Shown here: positions 7,304 to 15,591 of the stretch, in pieces
Layout: each line of letters begins with the position of its first letter
How positions within the stretch are numbered: position 1 is the stretch's first letter
Assembly: GCA_049599475.1 (NCBI GenBank)
Contig: JBMYOQ010000089.1
Span: 1-15,591, forward strand
DNA: 15,591 bases
Direction: 5' to 3'
Source of the DNA: Opitutales bacterium
GTDB taxonomy: Bacteria > Verrucomicrobiota > Verrucomicrobiia > Opitutales > JABSRG01
The notes under the pieces: model-generated
Database searches by the model: none
The model's input: the letters and a program-made list of their open reading frames with translations, nothing else
Told to the model about the DNA's origin: nothing
Position numbers and translations under genes: made by a program

Positions 7304-7795
7304 ATGGACCATTCCACGATCGTAGAACAACACTACCAGAAACTCTATTATTTTGCATATAGCCTCGCAAAACAAGAGAGCGACGCCTGGGATTTGACTC
7401 AGTCAGCCTATCTCAAACTCGCTAAGAATTCTGAGAAGATCAAAGAACCCTCGAAGATAAAGAGCTGGCTGTTTTCTACAGTCTATCGTGAGTTCTTAGA
7501 TAAACGGCGGAGAAGCCAAAGATTTCCAGAATGCACCTTAGAGATCGTCGAAGAAATCCCTTCGTCCCACTCAGAGAAGGCCCAGAGCACTCTCGATTAT
7601 GAAACAGCCCTAGGATTTCTCATGGAACTAGAGGAGAATTTGAGAATCCCTCTCACGCTATTTTATATCGAGAATTGCGCCTACCAAGAGATCGCAGAAA
7701 TTCTAAAAATCCCGCTAGGAACTGTCATGTCACGCCTACATCGAGGCAAAACCTTACTCCACCGACGAATTAACCGTTCCCAATCCAGCCACTGA
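7304..7795 (+). CDS. ECF-family (sigma-70 group 4) RNA polymerase sigma factor
   Basis: Region 2 motifs DAWDLTQSAYLK and KSWLFSTVYREFLD; region 4 HTH YQEIAEILKIPLGTVMSRLHRGK. Start placed at ATG 7304 (163 aa, typical ECF size) rather than GTG 7139. Confidence 0.92.
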   Translation: MDHSTIVEQHYQKLYYFAYSLAKQESDAWDLTQSAYLKLAKNSEKIKEPSKIKSWLFSTVYREFLDKRRRSQRFPECTLEIVEEIPSSHSEKAQSTLDYETALGFLMELEENLRIPLTLFYIENCAYQEIAEILKIPLGTVMSRLHRGKTLLHRRINRSQSSH

Positions 7796-7804
7796 GGACT
7801 TAAC

Positions 7805-8572
7805 ATGAAATTGGAAAAGGCCAAAGAGATTCTTAGTGCGTATCGCCCAGAGCATTACGACGATTCAGACACGTTGATGAATGAAGCGCTCAAGATGACT
7901 GAAACCAACACAGAGTTGAGAAACTGGTTCGAGGAGCAACTTGCTATAGACACCCAGATATTCGATGCCTTTAGCAGTATACCCGATGTCGGGGACGACC
8001 GGAAAGATTCACTTCTAGGCGATTATCAAAATATACAAGAATCCAAAATTAGTTGGTTTAAACCGATACTAGCGATTGCAGCTATTGCGCTATTTACGCT
8101 GCTGTGTTTCGGGCTCGGCCACCACAGAAATTACAAAAATAATTTCGAAGAGTTCGAATCATTCAGGTCCGCGATGTCCTACTTTGCTGCTTCACCCTAC
8201 GTGTCGCTCGACATTAAATCTCAGGATCTATCCGAGCTCCGGAGTTGGCTAGAATCTAACAACCTTCCGCTTTGGTCTCAGAGCGACCTAAGCACTGAAA
8301 TTCTTCAAGAAACCCCTGTCGGATGTGCAGAAATCCTATGGAGAGATATTCGTGTATCCCTGACCTGTTTTCACAACAGTGAGGGAGAGATCATACACCT
8401 TTTCTCGATAAACTCCGAGGCTTCAAGCGAGGCTCTCACTGATGACATTGAAGCGCTCGCTCGAACTCACGATTTACAGTCCGTGGGTTGGCACTCCAGT
8501 GGCCAGACATTTCTGCTCATGGGCTCGGAACCTCATATAACTATATCGAAATATATCAGCACTGAGGCTTAG
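7805..8572 (+). CDS. Putative membrane-anchored anti-sigma factor
   Basis: Starts 9 nt after the ECF stop, with a GAGGA RBS. Helical N-terminal domain, one TM helix (WFKPILAIAAIALFTLLCFGLG) and a C-terminal extracytoplasmic domain. Confidence 0.8.
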   Translation: MKLEKAKEILSAYRPEHYDDSDTLMNEALKMTETNTELRNWFEEQLAIDTQIFDAFSSIPDVGDDRKDSLLGDYQNIQESKISWFKPILAIAAIALFTLLCFGLGHHRNYKNNFEEFESFRSAMSYFAASPYVSLDIKSQDLSELRSWLESNNLPLWSQSDLSTEILQETPVGCAEILWRDIRVSLTCFHNSEGEIIHLFSINSEASSEALTDDIEALARTHDLQSVGWHSSGQTFLLMGSEPHITISKYISTEA

Positions 8573-8686
8573 AATCGTTCGATTATATTCGCAGCTTCGC
8601 GCACGTATGGCCGAAGAAAGAAAGGAAGTTTGAAAACTCCGGCCCCAACTGCGTAGATTCTTCATACCAAAGAAGAAAATGCGCGT

Positions 8687-9538
8687 ATGACTGAAAATTC
8701 GTTTATCATCCGAAACATGTCCCTTGACGAGTTTCGCCTATCCGTGGATTGGGCGAGACAAGAGGGGTGGAACCCAGGCCTCTCGGATGCGGAATGCTAC
8801 TACGCTGCAGACCCCAATGGATTCTTTGTCGGACTCTTGAATGATGAGCCCATTGCGACAATTTCGGCGGTGAAGTACGACAACAGTTTCGGCTTCTTGG
8901 GTTTTTATATCGTGAAACCGGAATTCCGTGGACAGGGCTACGGCATACGTATCTGGAATGCGGCAATGGACTATCTAAACGGTTGCAATATTGCACTAGA
9001 TGGAGTCGTCGCTCAGCAGGAGAACTACAAAAAGTCCGGCTTCCAATACGCCTACGGCAACCTACGCTATGAAGGCGTTGCAAAACACGTCCCCTTCAGC
9101 AAAAGCGGCTTAACCGAAATTTCTATAATACCCTTCGATGAGCTCCGTGACTACGACCAAGGGTTCTTCCCTGCAAGCCGCGACTCCTTCCTCAAAAAAT
9201 GGTATACTCAAACCAGCTCTTACGGTCTCGCTTTCCGAAAGACCAACACAATCCGTGGGTATGGTTTAATACGCCCATGCGTCTCTGGATACAAAGTGGG
9301 CCCGCTCTACGCGGAAGATGTAAACGTCGCCCAGACCCTACTTTCTGCATTAGTCACTCACTTAGCCCCCGGGGAAAGATTCTACCTCGATGTGCCTCAG
9401 ATAAATCAGGCAGCCCTCCAATTGACGGAAACGTTCAAGATGAACCTCTCCTTCGAGACAGCACGTATGTATACAAACGCGATTCCGGATTTACCCGTAG
9501 ACAAGATCTTTAGCGTTACTTCTTTTGAAATCGGGTAA
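8687..9538 (+). CDS. Tandem-domain GNAT N-acetyltransferase (YitH/HolE-like)
   Basis: EGWNPG, acetyl-CoA loop FYIVKPEFRGQGYG, LDGVVAQQENYKKSGF, and second-domain motifs KVGPLYA, FETARMY and C-terminal TSFEIG. Confidence 0.88.
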   Translation: MTENSFIIRNMSLDEFRLSVDWARQEGWNPGLSDAECYYAADPNGFFVGLLNDEPIATISAVKYDNSFGFLGFYIVKPEFRGQGYGIRIWNAAMDYLNGCNIALDGVVAQQENYKKSGFQYAYGNLRYEGVAKHVPFSKSGLTEISIIPFDELRDYDQGFFPASRDSFLKKWYTQTSSYGLAFRKTNTIRGYGLIRPCVSGYKVGPLYAEDVNVAQTLLSALVTHLAPGERFYLDVPQINQAALQLTETFKMNLSFETARMYTNAIPDLPVDKIFSVTSFEIG

Positions 9539-9919
9539 AATGGACGTCTGTTCCGCCTTGGTTTTCAGATGCGCGTCTACGGCATAAATATGTAGTCACT
9601 TAGCACCGGATCATTCAGGTCAAAAAGACTCCGCTTTCACTCCAAGCCGTCCGTCTTCTCTGGGCAAATAAGCTGAAGATTACTCTAGTCCATAGATTTC
9701 ACCAGTATTGGAGACGGCTGTCCCGATCACATCGTCGAAAGCACAAATTCCTTTTCACCTCTCGATTCGAGCGTGACTGTAAGCTTCTGAGAAACAACTG
9801 CCTACAACAGAACCAGCGATTCAAACTCTAGATTAAGTTGCGCCCTCAGCACTAGACCGGAAAATGAAAAAACAATTCTTGGATTCTCAAACCTTTGCAA
9901 TTTATGTTTTCAATCCATT

Positions 9920-12900
9920 ATGCGAGTATCGGAAACTTCGAAAAACGTTAAAAAGTTAAACAAGAACCGGAAGTATCTACAGGCTTACCAGATTATTAAG
10001 AATCAGCCCCCTGTGAGCGATTGGGATAAAGACTTATCGCAGATCGAAGCTGCAAAAACATTAAAGGTAGTCGGATCACCCCGCCTCGGTGACGCCATTA
10101 TTCTTAGAAATCTTCGACAAAACAAATCCAAGCCAGACTTCATCCTAGCGGGGATCTCAAGTTTTGAAAATCGCCGTGGAAGCTGGAACGCCTGGCAATT
10201 CGTTCAATCGTGCAGAGAACTGATCGACTCAGAAGATGATGAACTCTTGAGGGAATGGCACAGGCGCCGGGCAGCTCTATTGATAAAGCTCAAGGATTAT
10301 GAATCGGCAAAACAAGAGATAAAAAAAGCGGAAGATCGTGGTATCAAACCGATCGAGGCCCTTTTTCTGCGGTCGGACTTATTCGAAGCATCCGACAAAC
10401 CTGAGTCAGCCAGGGAGATACTATCCGAAGCTGAATCTCTCGGAACCGAACAGATCCGAGTACACCTTCGACAAGCAGAACTTGAGTATACGCTTCACCA
10501 CATCGATAAGACCCTCGAAATTTATCGAGGCCTCAGCGAACTCTGCGAAGACCGACATATCACACACCGTTATGCTCGAATCCTTCTCGAGCATGAATAC
10601 TTCGACGAAGCAAGCAATGCGGTATCACGTTTAGACAAATTGACTGCCCTCCCCGAGTCCCTTGTCCTAGAATATCAGACCCCGCTCAAGGCAGAGCTTT
10701 CCTTCGAGCTGGGAAAAGTAGAGGATTCCCTAAAATTTGCAGAGGCGGCAAAACTCCCATACTGGGACATTTGGATGCGGAATGTGAAATCCGCTCCACC
10801 CGATGCAAAACGCAGAGTTTTGGACGTTCCCTTTATCAAACAGGCGCATCTAAATTGTGTGCCAGCGAGCATTTCTTCCATTAGCGCTTACTTTGGTCAT
10901 CCCATTGATCAAAATGAAATCGCAAGAGACCTCACCTACGACGGTACTCGAGACTCAACAGAACGCGCTTGGCTCGAAGCGCGTGGATGGACTGTCAGAG
11001 AGTTCTTGGTCGACTGGGACACGACACGCAGACTCATTGATCTCGGACTTCCTTTCGCCCTAACCACACGCGACCTCTATGCGTCACACATGCAGGTGAT
11101 CATGGGCTACGACCATCGCCAAGGCACTTACCTTATTCGCGAGCCCGGTTCGCCATTGAAATCGGAATGGCTCGCCAGGGAATCCGAAAAACGGTACCAA
11201 ACCAATGGCATGCGCGGGTTGCTCATCCTCCCACCCGATCATCTAAACAATTACGAGGAGATCGTGCTGCCCGAGGAAGAGAGCTATGCGATCACCTTTA
11301 AGTTTCATCAATTCTTGATACAGCACGACCCTGCAGCAGCAACGCAAGAACTTGAAAAACTCGGAAAACTCGGAGAGTCCGAAAGGCTCATCGCACTCGC
11401 GAGACTTCGACTCGCTCAATACAACCAAGACACAGAATCACAACAAAACGCCATTGCGAGCATTCTTGAACAGTTCCCCGAAGATCCCTACTACGTTCAC
11501 CTAAGCGCCTATTGCTTACGCAACTTAGGAAGAGAAACCGAGTGCAGATCAGTTCTCCGAAATATCATTCAAAACGCTGAGAAGAAATCTCCACCTCCCC
11601 ATCACATCCACCTTCTACTCGCAGAATATCTTGTAAAAGACTTTCGCTACAGTGGAGAACTACGACGCCTCCTTAGACATGTTCAGAATGTAACCTATCA
11701 CAACTCAAACACGTTCTGGATACTCAGTAATCATTATCTGAATCTCGAAGACTTTGAGACCGCCAAACAATGTGCTCGTTTCTCTTCTACGCTGAGTTAC
11801 TACAACGAATTCTACGCGGAAAACTACTATATAAAAGCAAGGCGCTGTGGGAATCCAAGTGAAGGCATAAGCTATCTCATTAATCGAACACGACAATTGG
11901 GAGACCGCTCAGGTCAGAGCTGGTGCACCCTTGCACAAGCGTACATCGACCTTAGCCAACATCAAACTGCACTGATCACGATAGAAGACGGATTGAAGAA
12001 ACTTGGGGCAGATGAACACCTTCTTGAAAAAGCAATATCTACCTTCTACGGCAACGGGCAAATCGATAGAGCAAAAGAACTCCTTCAAGAGTCAAAACCA
12101 CACTTAAAGTCTACTGACTGGCTAGAAGAATGTGCGAATATTCACACCTACGAAGGTGAGCTACATAAGGCCCTCGAGAACTGGTACGACATCTTAAAAC
12201 AGCTGCCAGATAATCGAAGAGCAATTGAATCCATTGCGTCACTGATCGAGCGCATTGAGGGCCCAGAAGCGAAAAGAGGGTTCTTTGAGAAACAACTGGA
12301 CAGGAACCCTCATAACTACCTGCTCACAATTGACTTTCTTGAAAACTCCAGAGATGACCGTCAAAGGCAATTCGAAGCGATTCAAAATGCACTGAAGATC
12401 TTTCCCGATAATGCATGGGTTTACCGAGAGGCCGCAATCTGTGCCTCAATTTTGAAACGCTTCGAGGAGTCACGAAAATTTATAAACATCGCGACTCAAA
12501 TAGAACCATATGGCGCTATCAATTATCAAATAAATGCGCGCATAGAGTTCGACCAGGGTAACACACAAGAAGCATTCACCCTTAGCGAAAAGGCACTAAA
12601 GCTAGACATAGACTCAGAAGAGTCCATCGAGATAATACTGGAAAGTTCCGAATCGATGGAGAGGCGCATCGAAGCCTGTCGCTTCATCGCACAAGAAATT
12701 CGTACTCAAGTAAATTACGGCTCAGGGATTCAAGCCTTCAGCAAACGAATCATCTATATTCTGCCCCTCAACGAGGCCCAGTCCCTAATCGAAGAGCTAA
12801 ATCAAGCGCGCCCAGACCTGTGGCAAACTTGGCAGGCCCACGTCGATCTTTACCTAAACATAAATCAACCCAAGCAGGCATTAGAGATCGCCATTTCGGC

Positions 12901-15568
12901 GTTCGAAAGATTCCCGTTTGTAGGCCCGATCGGTTATTCACTCTTTCAGTGTTATGAAGCACTCCATCAGAGTGAAGAGGCCATCAATGTATTAAATTTA
13001 ACATGCCAACGGAGTCCACATTACAGCTACGGGGTCCGAGAATATGCAGAGCAGCTCTGGAACCATCAACAGAAAGACGCCGCATACGAGCTGCTCAGCA
13101 GAGAAAGACGAAAGAATCCACTTAACGAGTATACGTTAGGAGTGCTCGGATATCTATACAACGAAGATGGCAATACCCCTCTTGCCTACGAAAATTTAAA
13201 ACAGGCCATTTCTTATAACCCCGGTTACACTTGGGCTCGCGATACATTGCTAAATATCGCAATTCGCTTAAAACAAGAAGAGGAGCTTCTCCAATGGACG
13301 CGTGAGCTCATCGTCCAAAAGCCGCTCGATCTCAATGCTCAGATATGTCTCATATCTTATTTGTATTCTGTATCCCAAAATGAGGACAGCCTTCAGGCAT
13401 GCAATGAAGCGATCGAAAGATTTGGAGCAAAATATGACCTTATCGACTGGAAAGCATTCCTGCTATCGAAGCTAAAACGCTACGACGAAGCCGTCCTTTG
13501 CACGCAAATACCCGACCTACCATTCGGCCAATCGATGACCCTCAGTATCCGCAGAGCGACAATCGAAAATGAACGCGGTAATCGAAAAAAATCTATCGAG
13601 CTCTTCGAGGAACATACAAAATCATCCCCCAACGATTATCGAGCGTGGAAAAACCTGGCATCTCTATATTCAATAGAACAAAACTACGAAAATTCTGTGC
13701 GTTCGGCCAAAGAGATGGTTCGAATCAATCCCTTAAACGATCTTGGCTACTGGTATTACGCAAATGGATTGAAAGAGATGGGGCAATTTGCAGAAGCCCG
13801 AAATGCCCTCAAAACTAGCCTCAAGATCAACATCGACTCAGCCGACAACCTAAACCTCCTAATCGACTCCTGCGAAGACCAAGAAACCTACGAGAGGGCG
13901 TTCTCTTTTCTTGAATCCGAAATCATAAAACAGGTCAATAAAGGCGACGCTATTTTAGAGTTTGCAAAGCGAGCACCCAGAATCATCGCTTCGGATGATT
14001 TGCTTCAAAAACTGAAGAAAGTCAACGCAGCGAGACCCGATCTATGGCAAAGCTGGGCCGCCCTCATTTTAGAGTATCAGCGCCAACACAACTTTAGTGA
14101 ATTTCCTCGCCTGATGGATGAATGTGTCGAATTACATGCTCACGTGCCTCGCATTCACCAAATAAATGCAGAAATCCACGATTCACTCGGCGAAACAGAC
14201 CTTTCTATCGATGCGCTCAAAACAGCGATAGATCTTTCACCTAAATACTACTATGCTAAGCGGGAACTCGTTGATCGCCTTCTGACGAGAGGCAGGCTAG
14301 ATGAAGCCCTCGAGCTAGCTGAAGAGCTCGTTGCCGTAGAGCCAGATGTAAGTGCAAATCATGGATTCTTGTCCATGGCACTACTTCGGACTGAACGCAA
14401 AGAAGAAGGGTTTCAAGCACTCTTCCAGGCCGTAAAAATCTCCCCAGACTATCACTGGGCACGCAATGAATTAGCAGAGCATTTTCAAAAAGAAGATCGA
14501 TACCGCGAGCTGATCGATTTCTTCGAAAAGGAATTTGATGCGGATTCCGAATCACACGACAAGGCCGTAAACCTAGCCTATATTTATAGGCGGGCCAAAT
14601 TCTGGAATGAAGCGCTCCATTACATTTCAATAGCACTTGAGTTATCTCCTCGAAATGTAGGAACGCGCGAGATCAAGGCCTACTATCTCACCGAACTTGG
14701 CCGCTACGACGAGGCAATTGAATGCTGTGAATATGGTAATATAAATTTCGAGCAGAGCGATCGCCTAAGAATGCGCATAGGCCTGATCCAGCAAGAATCC
14801 GAAAGGCTCGACGATGCGATCGTGACCTTTCGAAAAATCCTCAAAACAGATCCCTTAAACACAGATGCTGCTGAATATCTGACAGAGTGTATCGATAAAT
14901 CTTCGTACGCACCCTCCCAATACTATGACGCTGCGAAACACTGGACCCAAATTGCTCCCAACCGGGCCGTAGCCTTTGGATACTTGGCAGATGCTTGCCT
15001 CAAAGCGAAACGCAAAGACGAGGCAAAAGAGGCTCTTAAAATAGCGTTTAAACTCGATCCCGAATACTCATTCGCGGCGACTCGGTATTTTAATGCCTGT
15101 ATCGAGGATTCAAAAACAGATGAAGCAATTGAAATCATCGACAAGATCCGCTCGATAAGCAAATCAAACGACTATGCATACTACGAAGTATTACTCTATT
15201 GCCACGTCAAAAAATACGAAGATGCTTGGAATAGCTATCTTGACCTAATTAGAGATTCAGAAAATAGCTGGATAGGCAACGCAGCCAGTAAAATCAGAGA
15301 CTGCGCAGGAGAAAGCTTTTTTGAGAAACGCTCGCGAAAACTCCTCCAAGACGGGACCATGCAATCTAGAGACGCAGCACGCAACTGGGCGACCAGTTCC
15401 ATAGCGAGCTCTGGCGTAATATTCACGATAATTCATTTACGGAAATTCTCTACCAATAATGAAGCCACTCTCGCTGCTCATATCGAGCTAATGGAACATT
15501 GCGGAGGAAACAAAGCTAAGATCGCATCGAAATATCTGTGTCGGTTTGCGGTTAAAATGCACCAGTAA
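9920..15568 (+). CDS. Giant TPR-repeat protein with a C39-like (papain-fold) cysteine peptidase domain; probably truncated at the C-terminus by an IS insertion
   Basis: VPFIKQAHLNCVPASISSISAYFG (Q308, C313), HMQVIMGYD (H390) and IREPG (E408). Many TPR-like units with A...L...P-Y/N patterns. The last 9 codons come from the IS-like end. Confidence 0.85.
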   Translation: MRVSETSKNVKKLNKNRKYLQAYQIIKNQPPVSDWDKDLSQIEAAKTLKVVGSPRLGDAIILRNLRQNKSKPDFILAGISSFENRRGSWNAWQFVQSCRELIDSEDDELLREWHRRRAALLIKLKDYESAKQEIKKAEDRGIKPIEALFLRSDLFEASDKPESAREILSEAESLGTEQIRVHLRQAELEYTLHHIDKTLEIYRGLSELCEDRHITHRYARILLEHEYFDEASNAVSRLDKLTALPESLVLEYQTPLKAELSFELGKVEDSLKFAEAAKLPYWDIWMRNVKSAPPDAKRRVLDVPFIKQAHLNCVPASISSISAYFGHPIDQNEIARDLTYDGTRDSTERAWLEARGWTVREFLVDWDTTRRLIDLGLPFALTTRDLYASHMQVIMGYDHRQGTYLIREPGSPLKSEWLARESEKRYQTNGMRGLLILPPDHLNNYEEIVLPEEESYAITFKFHQFLIQHDPAAATQELEKLGKLGESERLIALARLRLAQYNQDTESQQNAIASILEQFPEDPYYVHLSAYCLRNLGRETECRSVLRNIIQNAEKKSPPPHHIHLLLAEYLVKDFRYSGELRRLLRHVQNVTYHNSNTFWILSNHYLNLEDFETAKQCARFSSTLSYYNEFYAENYYIKARRCGNPSEGISYLINRTRQLGDRSGQSWCTLAQAYIDLSQHQTALITIEDGLKKLGADEHLLEKAISTFYGNGQIDRAKELLQESKPHLKSTDWLEECANIHTYEGELHKALENWYDILKQLPDNRRAIESIASLIERIEGPEAKRGFFEKQLDRNPHNYLLTIDFLENSRDDRQRQFEAIQNALKIFPDNAWVYREAAICASILKRFEESRKFINIATQIEPYGAINYQINARIEFDQGNTQEAFTLSEKALKLDIDSEESIEIILESSESMERRIEACRFIAQEIRTQVNYGSGIQAFSKRIIYILPLNEAQSLIEELNQARPDLWQTWQAHVDLYLNINQPKQALEIAISAFERFPFVGPIGYSLFQCYEALHQSEEAINVLNLTCQRSPHYSYGVREYAEQLWNHQQKDAAYELLSRERRKNPLNEYTLGVLGYLYNEDGNTPLAYENLKQAISYNPGYTWARDTLLNIAIRLKQEEELLQWTRELIVQKPLDLNAQICLISYLYSVSQNEDSLQACNEAIERFGAKYDLIDWKAFLLSKLKRYDEAVLCTQIPDLPFGQSMTLSIRRATIENERGNRKKSIELFEEHTKSSPNDYRAWKNLASLYSIEQNYENSVRSAKEMVRINPLNDLGYWYYANGLKEMGQFAEARNALKTSLKINIDSADNLNLLIDSCEDQETYERAFSFLESEIIKQVNKGDAILEFAKRAPRIIASDDLLQKLKKVNAARPDLWQSWAALILEYQRQHNFSEFPRLMDECVELHAHVPRIHQINAEIHDSLGETDLSIDALKTAIDLSPKYYYAKRELVDRLLTRGRLDEALELAEELVAVEPDVSANHGFLSMALLRTERKEEGFQALFQAVKISPDYHWARNELAEHFQKEDRYRELIDFFEKEFDADSESHDKAVNLAYIYRRAKFWNEALHYISIALELSPRNVGTREIKAYYLTELGRYDEAIECCEYGNINFEQSDRLRMRIGLIQQESERLDDAIVTFRKILKTDPLNTDAAEYLTECIDKSSYAPSQYYDAAKHWTQIAPNRAVAFGYLADACLKAKRKDEAKEALKIAFKLDPEYSFAATRYFNACIEDSKTDEAIEIIDKIRSISKSNDYAYYEVLLYCHVKKYEDAWNSYLDLIRDSENSWIGNAASKIRDCAGESFFEKRSRKLLQDGTMQSRDAARNWATSSIASSGVIFTIIHLRKFSTNNEATLAAHIELMEHCGGNKAKIASKYLCRFAVKMHQ

Positions 15569-15591
15569 TTTGCGGGTGAAAGTGCACCATT
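15539..15591. mobile_element. Terminal region of an IS21-family insertion sequence (partial, runs off the window)
   Basis: Begins with TGT and contains the tandem subterminal repeats TTTGCGGTTAAAATGCACCA (15545-15564) and TTTGCGGGTGAAAGTGCACCA (15569-15589), 18/21 with one gap. TG ends with reiterated transposase-binding repeats are characteristic of IS21. Confidence 0.75.

Noticed and set aside
5870..9710. 11-nt inverted match CAATACTGGTG (5870-5880) / CACCAGTATTG (9700-9710)
   Set aside because: Short, isolated and compatible with chance in 15 kb.
9539..9919. Pseudogene or ncRNA in the 380-bp GNAT-TPR spacer
   Set aside because: The minus-strand frames I translated are broken by stops, the ORF track lists nothing here, and I recognised no domain or strong structure. 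A BLASTX/Rfam search would be needed.
982..15426. Numerous short antisense or alternate-frame ORFs inside ldhA, helicase, YHS, barrel, sigma, GNAT and TPR genes
   Set aside because: Shadow ORFs of well-supported genes, with no motifs of their own.

Overview
A bacterial chromosomal window. Its gene families and repeat style suggest Verrucomicrobiota/PVC, but this is inference only. Nine credible CDSs: an exported rhodanese (-), D-lactate dehydrogenase ldhA (+), a Ski2-like DEAD/DEAH helicase of the DUF3516 type (-), an exported YHS-domain protein, a putative outer-membrane beta-barrel, an ECF sigma/anti-sigma pair, a YitH/HolE-like GNAT acetyltransferase, and a 1882-aa TPR protein with a C39-like cysteine peptidase domain. 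Main observations: (1) the intergenic regions at 1-211, 1972-2388 and 5055-5176 are built from three small repeat families (GTAG-type REPs, a TA-flanked MITE-like shell, and an 8-nt-periodic CACGC element), which are nested inside one another at 1972-2259; (2) a GGAATAA-N16-TCT(G/A)A motif with identical spacing lies upstream of both the YHS gene and the ECF sigma gene, predicting a small autoregulated envelope regulon; (3) the TPR-peptidase contains a 408-aa internal duplication and appears truncated by an IS21-family end that fills the last 53 bp of the window. No rRNA, tRNA or CRISPR array was seen. All family calls come from motif recognition, not database searches.
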